From assembly GCF_052425735.1 (NCBI RefSeq), contig NC_135762.1, positions 25,916,001 through 25,980,000 of the forward strand: a stretch of 64,000 bases of DNA, given 5' to 3'. Every line of letters starts with the position of its first letter. Within the stretch, counting starts at the first letter, position 1. The notes beneath the pieces were generated by a model. It was not told the DNA's origin. It did not search any database and saw only the letters and a list, made by a program, of their open reading frames with translations. A program made the position numbers and the translations under genes. This stretch comes from Oculina patagonica (lineage: Eukaryota). Below are positions 27,175 through 61,500 of this stretch, in pieces.

Positions 27175-30100
27175 TAAGGATGCGCAATTTTCTAATTTTT
27201 TTTAAAAATTTCTACTGAGGAGTTTAAGACATAACTTACCACCATCAGAGCCAGCAATAAATTCAAACTCGAATCCTTTGTTATGAACAGTGTCATCTGA
27301 CACAAAACGTATGAACAGGGGACTTGACACGATAACGCCAAAGGGTTGGAGCGAACGCCAGCGATGTTCTAAATAGCTGTCACTCATTCTTCCACAGAGT
27401 TTACCGTATCCAGATTTCAGTGTATTGTACGAGCTAGCATATTGCATATAGTCGCACTCGCAGTCATCACATACTTCTATCTCGAACCTATGAACAAAAA
27501 TAAAACAAAACGTTAGCCTTCCTTGTTCGCCCGGGTGGAAAATAAAACAAAGGCAAATCTACCACGAGGGTTATTAATTTTAATCAATATAAGTATTTAT
27601 TCCGTTCTTTTTTTAGTAGAATTTTAATGCAAATGCTGTAATCTGATTGGCCGAGCTATTGCACAAAATCAGCATTAGGATAATCTAGTGACCGACTATT
27701 AGGCAAACTTGCAATCTGATTCCCGGACTTATATAGCGGATTGCGGATTAGCTGAGAATTTTGGCGCGGATTCGGAACTCTACATCAGGAAGCTCTGATC
27801 ATGGACATTTAAACGAAGTTCGTTCCATTTTGTTCAGTCTTCTTAAACGAAGTTCGTTCCATTTTGCTCAGTCTTCGTAGGTAGGTTGGCGGAAACGTCA
27901 CAAAATTAAAGAAGCGATAAAAATTGTTTAAAATCATCATCTACTGTCTGCTGCAGCGAAACAAAGTTTAAAGTAACGCAAATTCGGATTTGAACGAAAA
28001 TAGTGGTGGATTGACTGATTTAGCCCAAAAATAGCACGGATCGGCAAATTTGCGTATCCCCCCCCCCCCGGGACGTGTCGTTGGGCCAGGTCTTCGCTAC
28101 AATTTCTTGTGTGTTTTCATGTTGTGTTTTTGTTCCATGTGAATCATGTCATTTCGTGTCTCAGCAATTGTATACTCATCTGGCGCAATCGAAGAACTTA
28201 CCTGTGAAAAGTTAAGCCAATCCTGTCGTAATGCTCGGGGACTGTAATAATCCAACATTTTGTCACGTTCACCCCGTAATCACCTGAGCTGGGATATGAA
28301 AGGGTGCCACTCTTGGCTGTTATGTTTGTAAAGCCAGTGGGGCAGGCTGTTGGAAATACAAATAAAAAATGATAAATAAGTCATTTAGTTGTCCTCTGCA
28401 AAACTAACGAGTCTTACAAATGTGCGAGGCAGCGAGGCATGCGAGGAAGAAATCCCTACTCCAAATAAAATTAAAGAGCTTGCTAGGGGGTTCTGGGGGC
28501 ATGCTTTCCAGAAAATTTTGAAATCTAGAAGCTCTGAAACGCTTTGTTCAACATTTTTAAAAGGTGTTTCTTGAGAAAGATGAGTCTTGTTCAACTGGGA
28601 ATTATTTTCTCAACACAACATATCTCAGTGTTTTTTTGCTTTGGGTTAAAGTAGTCGAGGCAAGTGCCTCGTCTTGCTCTCTTGCAGTCTACCGACAGTG
28701 TACCGATCGCTACAGACAAAGTGTATTTTGTTACTGAACTTACTTGAATCACATTGTCCTTGTCCCAGGAACAGCACCAGCACTGCAAAGAGATTAAATC
28801 AGATTAGAGCCCGTTTAAATCCAGAAAAATAATAATGGGTAATAACAGTTTAGTGTAACGCTTAGAATTCTGTGGAATATTGCCCGTTTGCGAAAGGTCA
28901 TCAGCTCGACTCTCACTGGGAGAACTGGTGATTTTTTTTACCAAGCTTAGCTGTGTGGCAGGAGTCACTGTTTGAGTGTCATTTCGACATATTTTTTCCA
29001 AGCTTCACATACAGTATGTTGTTTAAATAATGTTTTAGGAAAAGTAAAAAAAAATACAAATGTTTCTGGTCCCCGCCCGCTTTATTTTTTGGTGCCCCCT
29101 CTCTTTTTTATTATTTGTTATTGAAAACGTTGGAACGAACAAAAACCAACAGGTGTTATACTTCAACTTTGTACTTAGTTAAAAATTTTGCAAGACATGG
29201 CTTTTGTTAGTACGAACTCGGGCTAAAATTTTAAAGCCTTGGTCGCTAGGTCCGTATTGGATAGGTAAATTAACTTGCATGATTTATTTTGCAAGTTAAC
29301 TTTTGGAAAATTGGACGATGGAGAAAAAAGGTAAGGAATGCAACAAAATAATAAAAAAACAAATAACAAAAAAAGCGCCCTTCCGCTCTCTTTTTTGTAG
29401 CAAACCGGACGAGAAACATTTGTTTTTTTTTTACTTGGCCCTATAAAGTAGTTGAAAAAATACCATCATTTTTCTACTGGAATTTAGCCTGCATAAGAAA
29501 AGATATATCATAACCGAGAGCTTCTCAAGGCCGAGATCAAATTAAAAAGCGAACTTAACTGAGCGTATTTCAACTGGTATAAGACGCCTCGAAATCCTGA
29601 AACAAGGCGTAACCTGCGATTAAAAAGCGTTTCGAACAATTGTTGAACGCTTGATGAGGTCCTTGATCGATATCTCATACTGAATAAGACAGGCAAAATA
29701 TTTGTGCTAATCATTGAAAGTAGAAAATTAACCACCAATATGTAAAAGAAATAGCGCGTTGTTTGTTCTTAACTTAGTGTAGTTGTATGATAAAGCATCA
29801 TTTCTTCAAAAATTGAGTTGCAACAATGTGAAAATCTCCTGTGATCTTTAAAAGCGTTTCGAACGCCTGATCTCATACTTATTAAGACAAGCAAAATATT
29901 TGTGCTAATCATTGAAAGAAGCAAATTAACCACCATTATGTAAAAGAAATAACGCGTTTCCTGTTCTCAACTTTGTGTACGTAGTTGTATAATAGAATGC
30001 AACATTCCTTCAAGAATTCACTTGCAAAAATTGTGTAAACTTTCGTGGAAACCCTTAGCAACAATTCTGTTGACGTCTAACAACCATCAGTGTGGTTTAG

Positions 30101-30626
30101 TATCCAAGACGTTCTTTATTCAACGCAAAAATAATATTTTCGAATTCACCTGAATATATGTGTACTCGTTCAAGTTTACCCTGAACTGACCAGAAGGCTG
30201 CTGCGAGCTAGCTTAAAATTTTGCGAGACTCTAAGCCGTTATCGGAACTTGTTTGTTAAACTTCATTTGGGGTCGATCGCTGCGGAATTCGTGTCTAACT
30301 ATTGAGCTGAATAAACGATTACAAAATGCTGCTTCTTTTCACATCACTGAAAGGATACAAATCCTTTCAATGTAGCAAAGCCTACAAGCCGAGATAAAAC
30401 AATATGAATAACTGAAATTCGAGAAACAAAAAGAATAAAACTGTTTACAAACTTCTCAGAAATCGAACACAGTTTGCAATTTGTTTCCGGCAAGCATGAG
30501 TAACTGTATGCTGATTTTACAAGAATAACTGTTATATTAAGTGGCGTGAATAATATAGTTATAAGCAGTTTACTCACCAAAAACGTTTGCAAATGAAAGA
30601 AATTGGTGTCGTTTAAACAAACCCAT
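23454..30626 (-). CDS. Tandem CUB-domain protein, paralogue 3 (325 aa)
   Basis: Exons 30626-30578 (MGLFKRHQFLSFANVF), 28782-28744, 28346-28202, 27487-27240, 24625-24224, 23548-23454. GT-AG, in frame, two CUB domains, tail PLTLLLVSALLTFASKNSLF*. Confidence 0.88.
26273..26739. mobile_element. Non-autonomous DNA transposon
   Basis: TIR GATGGGACATTGGGG / CCCCAATGTCCCCCTC, subterminal TGCGGT repeats, flanking direct repeat CTTATA. Confidence 0.65.
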
Positions 30627-32653
30627 TTTCTTGCAGAAGATTTTTACTGGCTTTTCTTCTCTGAACAACGTTACGAGAGCTGTACTGTAGTGACTAACAA
30701 CGCAGCACTATATATATACGCTGGAAACTGTTGATTATTTAAACGCTGTAGAAACGGTTACTACGAAAATAGAGAGACTATACCCCGTACGATATCAATC
30801 ACGTTGCACATAGTGATTGGCTTAATTAGCAAAACATGCATGTAAATCCATTGTAAATACTTTTTCAATTTTACATTGACGTTTTTATCATAGGAAATCT
30901 TAGAAATTCTCTTTGAGATTGGTTTGAAATTCTAAAGAGTTGTTCTCGACTTTAATTTGTAAAAGGTTTATCTCCTGAAGTTATAAAAATTATGCCAAGC
31001 AAGAACTTGCTAAAATTCAGAAATGTTTTTTTCTATGGAAACAGAAAAACTTTGCCGCAGGGGGTTCATTAAGGTACTGCGTTAAAAATTTGCATTCAAA
31101 TCACCTTAAACACTGCTTTCATGTCAGCATGGCATATTCTTGTTATATAGCTTTATGCCGTTCTGTTAAGACGAGAAAATAAGCCGGTTTTTTTTTCTGT
31201 TGGCTAAAAAAGGCATTCTCGATATTTCATTTGAGTGCCCAGCGTTAATTGAGAAGCCAAATTAAACGATTTTTGTGAAAAGGCGTCATTCGTGACGTCA
31301 CTGTAAATTGTTGCGGTAGGGTTTCTAACTAACACACCAAATCTCGGAGACAAAGAAATCGCAATTTCAATGAATAAAGCATTTGTTTTCTTTATTTCGT
31401 TATGCACCTTAAAGAACCAGGCTTCGAACTGACACGTTTTGTGATTCTTACACGTTGTACCTTGTGAATGTCGTGGCTGTCTCTCTCCCGCTCCGCGGAG
31501 TTCTTGCTTATAAACCCACAGAAGTTGTTTTTTGGCGGACTAATGAAATGGTAGTTGTTAGAAGTGATACAATTAGGACAAAGTGGCGTGACTAATTAAT
31601 TATTCAAAGATCAGCTCAACAGGACTTCGTACGTCAAGATACACTGAATGACACGATGGTCAGAATGGAAAAAGATGCCGCCTGAAATTGATTGCAAGGC
31701 ATCCCATTGAGAGGATTAAGTTACCCTTGTTCAAGTACTAATTAAAGTCATTAAAGGGACGCACTCTTAACACCGTGTTTGTAAACTAACTGCCATGCTG
31801 ACGCTCTCTTGCTCGATACAACGATACTCAATTTATTACAAGTCGTTATGTTGTTTGAGTGTGAACCAGGCTTCAGACAGGCACTCTTCGTGATTCTTAC
31901 ATGTAGTACGTTCACTGAGTTATGTAGCTGCGTTTTCTTCCGCAGAGTTCCCGATTATAACCCCACATATACAAAGCTGTTTGTGGAAGCAAATTGGTAG
32001 CTATTACAAGTGTTACGTACAATTAGGACAAAGTTGCGTGACTAATTAATTATTCAAAGATCAGCTCAACAGGACTTCGTACGTCAAGATACACTGAATG
32101 ACACCGTAAATGGAAAGCCAAAGATTGCAAGACATCCAACTGAGAAGATAAAGCTTATCTTGATCAAAAACCTATTCAAGTGGTACACTCTTAGCTACGT
32201 GTTTGTTGTTACTTATTTTCGCGGAAACTTAATTTCGCGAAAATGGAACGAGCATATTTCGCGGGACTTTAATAATCTTTGCGATTTGGCCAAAAATAAG
32301 TAATTAACATAAAAAATACAATTCAAAACGTTTAAAATAAATTTTCGCGGGTCTTTAAGTCCCGCGAAAATGAGTAACAATAAAATTGACACTCTCTGAC
32401 TTGAAAGAACGAACTCAATTTATTACATTTAAAGGTGGTTGATGAGGTAGCTCAGTTCATTGTGTTGGTGCGCGCTGGCTGTATATCTTACCATGATATT
32501 TCTAATCACCCATTTACTCCAACTCATGATCACTTTGAACAAACAAACAAAATAAACAACTTTTTTTTAACTATCGGCTTTGCAGTTGAGTTGTGAGCAT
32601 CGGGGGTGGAAGCGGAATTGTTAGACCCGCTTAGACCTCACTTACTCTTTAAT

Positions 32654-33134
32654 CAGGGTCCCCTATCAGGCCTCTCTGCAAAATGGAATCACGTAAAAAT
32701 GTTTGGCTTTTCACGCGTCACGAATAATTCTAAAAATGTTTTCACGTTCACGCAAAAATCATGGCGATCCCTGTTGAGACTGTTACGCTCGGAAGGTGTA
32801 AGACCAGATATTGTGCCTGTCAAAATCACACACGCGACAAAATAGCTGACAAAAGTCCCAATTCCAACCACAGAGCTAAAACAAAGATGTACGTTTACTA
32901 GAACTACCTAAAAAATCATAAATAAAGTCACGAAAAAGAAGATGATTCACCATTCACGTTTAATTCAACTCTTCGTTCACGGGTCACGTTTAAGCTAACA
33001 ATTGTCACGCGTACGTAAAAAGACCTAAAAAGATCTTGAAATTTGGAATCACGAAAAAATAAAAGCCCAAATCACGTTTCACGGCAAATAAATAGCCTCA
33101 ATCACGCTTCACGTAAAAAGTATTGGAGACCCTG
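32654..33134. mobile_element. hAT-like MITE
   Basis: CAGGGTC ... GACCCTG ends and many internal TCACG subterminal motifs. Confidence 0.55.
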
Positions 33135-33802
33135 TTTAATCCTATCATTTGTTTCTGACTTGTTATGCATTCGTATATATTTTGCACGGTATTCTTTTTT
33201 CAGTTTCTTTCCCACCAGATTTTGCTGTAAATGAGCAAAATTGGGGCTTACAGACCTACACGATTCCTTCTGAGTGGCCAATGCATATTTAGAAGCCTTA
33301 AACAAAATGTCATAACTGAAGCCAATTAACTTTCCTTGTGCGCACATTGTGTGGCAAAGCAGGTTTCTTGAATACGGACCAAAATAGGCAGTGGCCTCGT
33401 GATTACTCGTGATATCTTTTGCAGGCTCGTAGGAAAGGAATTTTAATGGACTGAAAGATAACGTAAATAATCGGCTCTGAGGTATATTTTGGTAGCGTGC
33501 GCGGGGGAGGGGGGGGGGGGGGGCGGCGGCATTTTTGCCCGGAAAATTTTGGAAATCTAGACATACTTCCCTATCATTTGGTACATTTTGTACGACTTTG
33601 AGATCCATGATTCTCAAATCGGCGAAGTAATCCTTTAGAGGCTTAACCAGTTTGTTGCTGGAAAGACTACTTCCAAAAAGGTTTTGCCTATCAGAATGTC
33701 GCGTGTCTTCAAAGGAATTTGTTCTAACAAGACTAAGAATTTCTCCTCTAACGAACCGCAATTTAACACCTGGCTTGGGTTGTTCAAAGGCTTGATACGC
33801 TG

Positions 33803-34625
33803 CAGTGGCGTAGCCAGGGGAGGGTTCCAGGGGTTCCGGAACCCCCCCTTCGGGATATCGCAATAGCTAATTCAAGAGAAAAAATATTATTAGAACCCCC
33901 CTTTAATTCCGCCAGATTAGAAAAATGAAATTTTTGAAAAAATAAAATGAAATCTATAAAGTATCACCTTGTGTTTACAATTACAAAATTTCGTGTATAC
34001 AAGCCTCCGTTGTACGTGTAGTGCGGATCAAGACCTACCAAACAGTGCAGTTCAGGCCTTGGCAGAATGTGACAGCGATTTTTATCCAAATGTGCACAAG
34101 TTGCTGCGCATCTTGTGTACGTTGCCAATTACTTCTGCAGAATGTGAGCGATCGTTCAGCACATTGCGCAGACTAAAGACATACCTGCGGGCTACAATGA
34201 CCAGCGAGCGAGAGTCAGGACTTGCTCTTATGAACATACATTACAACAGACAAATTGATATTAGTGCAACAGTCGACATTTTTGCACGAAAGCATCCACG
34301 GCGCCTACTTCTGGCTGATATACTAGCTGACAAGTGAGTGACGGTACGCCGGGAGTGAATGGTACGCCGGAAAAATTACCTGGTACGCGGGATTTTGAGC
34401 TTCCCTTCTAAGAAATGCTAGCTTCAATTGACGCTAAAATTGCTAAAAATTTATGCTTAGAATCAAGGAGATGCCATTTCTGGGGACCGCAAATTTCAAA
34501 ATTTCCCGGAGGAGCATGCCCCCGGACCCCCCTAGAGGAGGAGCGCCTCCGGCGCTCAGTTTTACCTTCACAATTACAATTCACATTTGGAACCCCCCTA
34601 TACAAAAATCCTGGCTACGCCCCTG
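33803..34625 (+). mobile_element. Internally deleted hAT DNA transposon nested in a MITE (~33769-34752)
   Basis: TIRs CAGTGGCGTAGCCAGG / CCTGGCTACGCCCCTG. It carries only the transposase C-terminus. Confidence 0.85.
33969..34337 (+). pseudogene. hAT transposase C-terminal dimerisation domain fragment
   Basis: FYPNVHKLLRILCTLPITSAECERSFSTLRRLKTYLRATM..ER..GLALMNIH is the hATC signature. The catalytic core is missing. Confidence 0.88.
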
Positions 34626-36021
34626 CGCTGTCCACCGGATAAACCAATATTCAATGTATAGCGTAGTTTATTTTGTCAGTAGGCTTTTCCCCTAGGGAGC
34701 GTTTTATCCGTTGAATAGCTAGCGTCATGCAATTTTGAATAACTGGGCCCAGGTGTGTCAGGAATTGAAGTTTTCCGGTTAATTCTTTCACTCTGCCGGG
34801 TACTGGAAAGATCTTAATATAGTCGAACTTCTCCTTACGGACATCATCCCTCAGTACAGACGCTACCTCTCTAATTCAGACACCTCCATTATATGGACAC
34901 TCTTTCCTGTCTCTTTGGTGTCCGTATAAAAAAAGTTCTACTTTCTTTAGCATAGTTACAGGGCGAAAACAAGAATCCATAATGAGAAGAGCATGTCAGA
35001 ACGCCGAATTCAATAGGGAAAGCCGACCACCATACTATGTCTTGCAATTGATTATTTTTGAAAGACCCTGTTCGTTCCTTCGGCTAGATTAACATGCCTA
35101 AGCACAGCATTCCCTCTCTACCCTTTTGTTAGTAGATCAATGTTTAGATCAGAGCTCGCCCATTTTTGGCTCGGCCATCGAGAGAACCGAGAAAAGCGAG
35201 CCAGTTCCTTGTATGTCTGCATCCGCCTCCTGTGAACTAGAATACAGTCAACTCTCTCTTAACGGGCACCTCTATAAGCGCCTGCTGTTGGTCCGTCCCT
35301 GCCGTTTTTGATTTTTCGGTCATTTTACTGTCAATTATAAAATAACTCAGATACTATGCGCGCTCTGATTGGTCAAATTTGGTCAGAAAACCTATGTACT
35401 TTTGTACCGGTAAACTCCCGCTTCCCGACATGGCCATACTACGCTCGACCACGCATAAGGACGAAGAATTAACGTTAGTCTAATGTCTTGTTTTGGTCTA
35501 TCTGATGAGGGGCCGCTGTGATTGGTTTACCGCGTCATCCGATGAACTTGTTGAGAATAAGACATTTGATCACGAAATATAAAATGGATTCCTATTTCTT
35601 TGACGAACGCTTTAATTTCCGATAGTTGTTTCATTAAAGCAATAAACCACACTTTCTCGGGCTTTACTTGTGCCACTTGGGATGTTGGGAGAACACCCGA
35701 AATGCTTGTAAATCACTCGCCTGACGGCTTGTTTTTTTTATTGTAGAATTGTAGATTCCCCCTTCTTTTTTTATCTTTAATAATAGTATACGTCATCAAT
35801 AATCGATCAATAAAATTGTAAATAGTAAAGCCCTAGAAATTGCGAAACTCTCTTTAAGACGGACACCTCTCTAAACGGACAGTTGGAGCCAGTCCCGACG
35901 GAGTCTGTCTTGGAGATAGTTGACCGTATGGTTAAATGTGACTCCGCCTGAGTTCTTGGGCCAAACTTTCGCACTTGGCCTCCGGATAATCGACAAATAC
36001 ATTCGCTACGGCAGTCGCTAC

Positions 36022-36166
36022 CAGACTCGTACCCAGTCGCTTCTCTTGCTTTTTGAGCGGCGCGCAAGGCATCAAGGGAAGGACGAACTTATTTACTTTT
36101 TCTACGTCCTTCCCATCATCCTCTTCGAACGTAGCCAAAAACGAGTAACGACTGGGTACGAGTCTG
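36022..36166. mobile_element. Fold-back MITE with 9-bp TSD in the RUVBL1 promoter region
   Basis: CAGACTCGTACCCAGTCG ... CGACTGGGTACGAGTCTG flanked by the direct repeat AGTCGCTAC. Confidence 0.85.
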
Positions 36167-36359
36167 AGTCGCTACCATACTCGGGAGCAAGCAAAGAATC
36201 TGTGGGGTGGAGACAGCAGGAGAGGAAGACTGGGAGTCACTTTTTATGTAACCTCGCCTGCACCGAGCTTAGCTACCTGGCCAGATTTTAGTTTTAGCGG
36301 TTGTCAAGTCAAATTCAACAAAATTGCATTATATTTCCCCTCAAAAACCGTTTTTGTGA

Positions 36360-57547
<21,188 letters not shown>

Positions 57548-58028
57548 TACATCACTAAACGTTTAGTTAGCGCGTGCAACAAAAGGATAGCTTCCTTCCT
57601 AATGCTGTTACTTTTAGTTAGGTCATGGATAGTAAAAAGACTCTTTACTATCCATGATTAGGTGTTTAATCGCTTGCGATTTCAACTGTGTTAATATTTA
57701 AGCTGTTTCAGTATGTGTGCGTTTGTCAGTTTGTATTTTATGAAATTACAGGTACATGTATCGGCTTCTAAGCCGCTTTCTCAATGGTTAGTGTAACGGA
57801 TTGTTCCAGTACCTATTCAGGAGTGGTTGCATGGAAAATACTGGCCATTTTGCCGCTCGTAGTCTATCTTAATCTCCCTCTGGTTTCCGGTTTATTTCTT
57901 TCTTTGGATCGTTTTCTACCTTGGAAAACTATTATCAGACGTTTTTGAGTTTTCCTTCAATTTAAAAGTAATTTTGTACACCAGACAAATCACGCAAAAT
58001 ATCGTAACAGATCTAAATTGCTATATTA

Positions 58029-58268
58029 AGAGAGGAAGACACATCGGCTCTTGCTGGTTTTCATGCGGGTCCTCTATCCAGGTCGAATTGGAATTTGGAA
58101 ATGTTGGTTTTTCAGGTGTGAGGAAAACCGGAAAACCCGAGAAAAACCCTCGGAGCAAGGCGAGAACCAACATCAAACTCAACCCACATATGGTACCGGG
58201 TCGGAATTGAACCTGGGCCACATTAGTGAGAGGCGAGCGCTCTCACCACTGCGCCAACCCTGCGCCCC
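58029..58268 (-). mobile_element. tRNA-derived SINE, near full length
   Basis: Minus strand GGGGCGCAGGGTTGGCGCAGTGGTGAGAGCG...GGTTCAATTCC with A/B boxes; homologous to 1962-2105. Confidence 0.8.
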
Positions 58269-58593
58269 TTAAGACCCTTAAGATCTCCCTAAGACCCGAG
58301 TTGCGTCCCTTTTTCCGCGCTTTTTTCACTCCCTGCGAGAGAGACATCTGACGTTCAAGCCGAAAACTTCTATATTGATTACGTTCCCTACAGAGATTCG
58401 TGTGGTGTTCTCTGATTGGTTGTTGACAAATTTGAATTTTCGCGCGAAATTGACAACCAATCAGAGATCTCTTATAGAGCTACGTCATTAGCAGGGAATT
58501 TTGTCGAAAAGGGCGTAGACAAAACACCGAAAAACACATGAACGTTTTGTCATTTATTCTCACATTTAGTGGATCATTTAAACTATTTTCTTG

Positions 58594-61500
58594 TCAAGGC
58601 TGATAAAGTATTCCCCTCCACAACGCTATTGATTTAGGGAACCCTATGTCGACCTGCCTCGCCGTATGGTTAAATCGGTAAAAGAGGTTTTCTTTGAAGA
58701 AGTAAGTGTTGCCGTCGTTTGCGGAAAACACGGTATCGAGGTTGTCCGGAACGCCTTTCCAGAACGAGGCTATCGACCGCGGGTAGCCTGGGTCCACTGC
58801 CTGGGTTGTGTCGTTGAAGCGATAGTAAAGCGATCCTTTAAAGAAATAGGTGATGCCATTGGTGTATCTGAAACGAAGATGAAAGCGTTTACCATTCAGC
58901 CAGAGTCGGTCTCAGTGTTTTACATTGGGATCAACGAAGTATTTTTCTAAATTAAAATATAATTAATTCACAATTTTCCCTTGCTATGCTTCCTTAACTT
59001 CCTACTCCATTCTATAATCACACACATGGCTCACACCCCTCCTTTTTGCCCTGCTGAAGGGTTAACGCTCGTAACTGGTACATAACTCGTCACTGGTACT
59101 TTACCTGCAAACTTTGCCGCGCGCTTTGGTTTACTCTTTACTACCCACGTGTTGGCATTGTTGGCAAACACTTAAAGGAACTACGTAATGCACTCACGAA
59201 CGCAATCACGAGGGTAATAATTGGGTCTTAAACCCGGTCTGATTCATGAGTCAAAACGCAATAATCATTTGGTCAACGCACCTCCTACAGTCCATGCAGT
59301 GAGGTAACCCAAAGGCCCCTTCATCAAAAACAGCCATTTTAAGCATAAGGCGTTCATCAATTTCTTTGAAACGCAGGAAACCGTTTGTATTGTTAATGCA
59401 GAGTATAAAGACTCTGAACGTTCTTCAGCTTTCTAACTAAGCTCTCTTGTGGTTAGTTTTACCTGAAAACAGCATCCACTCTATTCGGTACTCCTTTCCA
59501 AAACGAGCTTATGTCGCGCGGATAGCCATCTTGCACTTTTTCTTGGCCGTTGTCGTACCGGTAGTAAAGTTTTCCTTTAAAGAAGTAAGCAAATCCATCA
59601 CTCCAGAGAAACGCCGCGTCTACATCCGCCGGAACTCCACCCCAGGCTGCCAACGCGCGCGGATATCCGACATCAACTTGGCGATACAGATCGTTAAAGC
59701 GCCAATAGCTGTCATTCTTGAAGAAGAACGTGTAGCCGTTCAGGTGTCTAGAGAAAGTTAAATATTGAATTAAAAGCATGTGTTAGTCACGTAGTATATC
59801 GTGCATTACGTCATGGCTGTAATTAACGAATGAAGGTAATTAGGTAAAACGCTGTGTTCTAAAATTAATTCAGAATCAAAACAATTTTGGTTGCTTCTTT
59901 TTCTGGTGACCTTAAATTTGCAATTGTATGCTCTCCTTTTCTGATTGCCCGCCTATCCTCCCCCGTCTTCATTTACCTATCTACTTTACTGCCTACCAAC
60001 CTAGCGTCGGGTGGGGACTGACCAACCTTCAGTACCTACCTACCTACCTACCTACTTACCTTCCTACCTACCTACCTACGTACGTACCTACCTACTTACC
60101 TTCCTACCTACCTACCTTCTTACCTACCTACCTAATTGCCTACCTGCCTGCCTGCCTAACTACCTACCTACCTAATTGCCTACCTACCTACCTAATTACC
60201 TGCCGACTCACCCACCCACAGACCTAGCTACCTACCTAAGTGCCACCCTCCTTCCCTTACTACCTACCTACAGTAGCTACTTATGTGCCGACCTCCGTAT
60301 AGACTAACTACCAACCTTCCTACATACTTAAGTACCTGTCTCCCTCCCCCACGACCTACCTNNNNNNNNNNNNNNNNNNNNNNNNNNNNNNNNNNNNNNN
60401 NNNNNNNNNNNNNNNNNNNNNNNNNNNNNNNNNNNNNNNNNNNNNNNNNNNNNNNNNNNNNNNNNNNNNNNNNNNNNNNNNNNNNNNNNNNNNNNNNNNN
60501 NNNNNNNNNNNNNNNNNNNNNNNNNNNNNNNNNNNNNNNNNNNNNNNNNNNNNNNNNNNNNNNNNNNNNNNNNNNNNNNNNNNNNNNNNNNNNNNNNNNN
60601 NNNNNNNNNNNNNNNNNNNNNNNNNNNNNNNACATCTTTGATACTTAGTCTTTATACACCTGCTTGCCAATCATAGCACTACTTTCTTCCAATCCTGACC
60701 TACTCTCCTATTTACTTGCTGCGCAGACAGGCGAGACTAAATCATACCTAAACGCCGTATAGCGAGTTAGCTCGGGCTCACCACTCCACCACTGCATTAC
60801 TGACTTGGGGTAGTTGGAAGACACACCAATAGACTGATCACTATGCAAAAAGAACCAGTTTTGTGTATCCTTATAAACATAAACGCCTCCATTGTACCAC
60901 GGTAAAGCGCCTTCAATGTCACTTGGGACCCCCTTCCAGTAGGAGCTCACCGAGCGCGGATAGCCGGGGTCCACACTTGCGGTGCGCGGATTGAACCTGT
61001 AGTATTGTGTTCCTTTGAAGAAGTACGTATAGCCATTCGAGTAACTGATGTTTTAAACAAAAGATTAAAAATAAGAGTAAATATAATTTAAAGAGTTTCT
61101 TCCCTGCTCTGGAATCGCGATTGTAAAATGAAATCAACTATAGAAACTAAAAAATAAAAAGGAAAAGCCAAAAGATGAGGAAAGCTAGAAACCAAAATTT
61201 GTTAGTCACCTTTTCCGAATATGTAGCGTGAGCACTTTTATGACCGATTGCCATTATAAATGGTCCTCCATAAAGGGACAGTATCAGGAGAATTCTTTTA
61301 AGTTTCGTGTAAACTATGCTATAACAATGAGAGGGTACTCACTGGTCTACTAAACAACCTTTTAAAAAAATAAACGAAAAGCATAAATAAATCCATTCTC
61401 TTAGATGTGAATAAGCCCTAATCAATGGTTTTTTATATGATTTTCTTCCAAGCAACACGGTCCGACTTTGTCAAGCTTAATTTTAGACCACTTTCTTCCT

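Noticed and set aside
33102-33863. 253-aa minus-strand ORF
   Set aside because: It runs across transposon ends and a poly-G tract and has no recognisable domain; probably a chance ORF.
35501-35540. CTGATGAG as a hammerhead ribozyme core
   Set aside because: No stem II followed by GAAA.
60362-60631. Hidden hemopexin exon in the assembly gap
   Set aside because: The flanking exons already join in frame to give exactly eight repeats; an extra exon cannot be excluded but is not needed.
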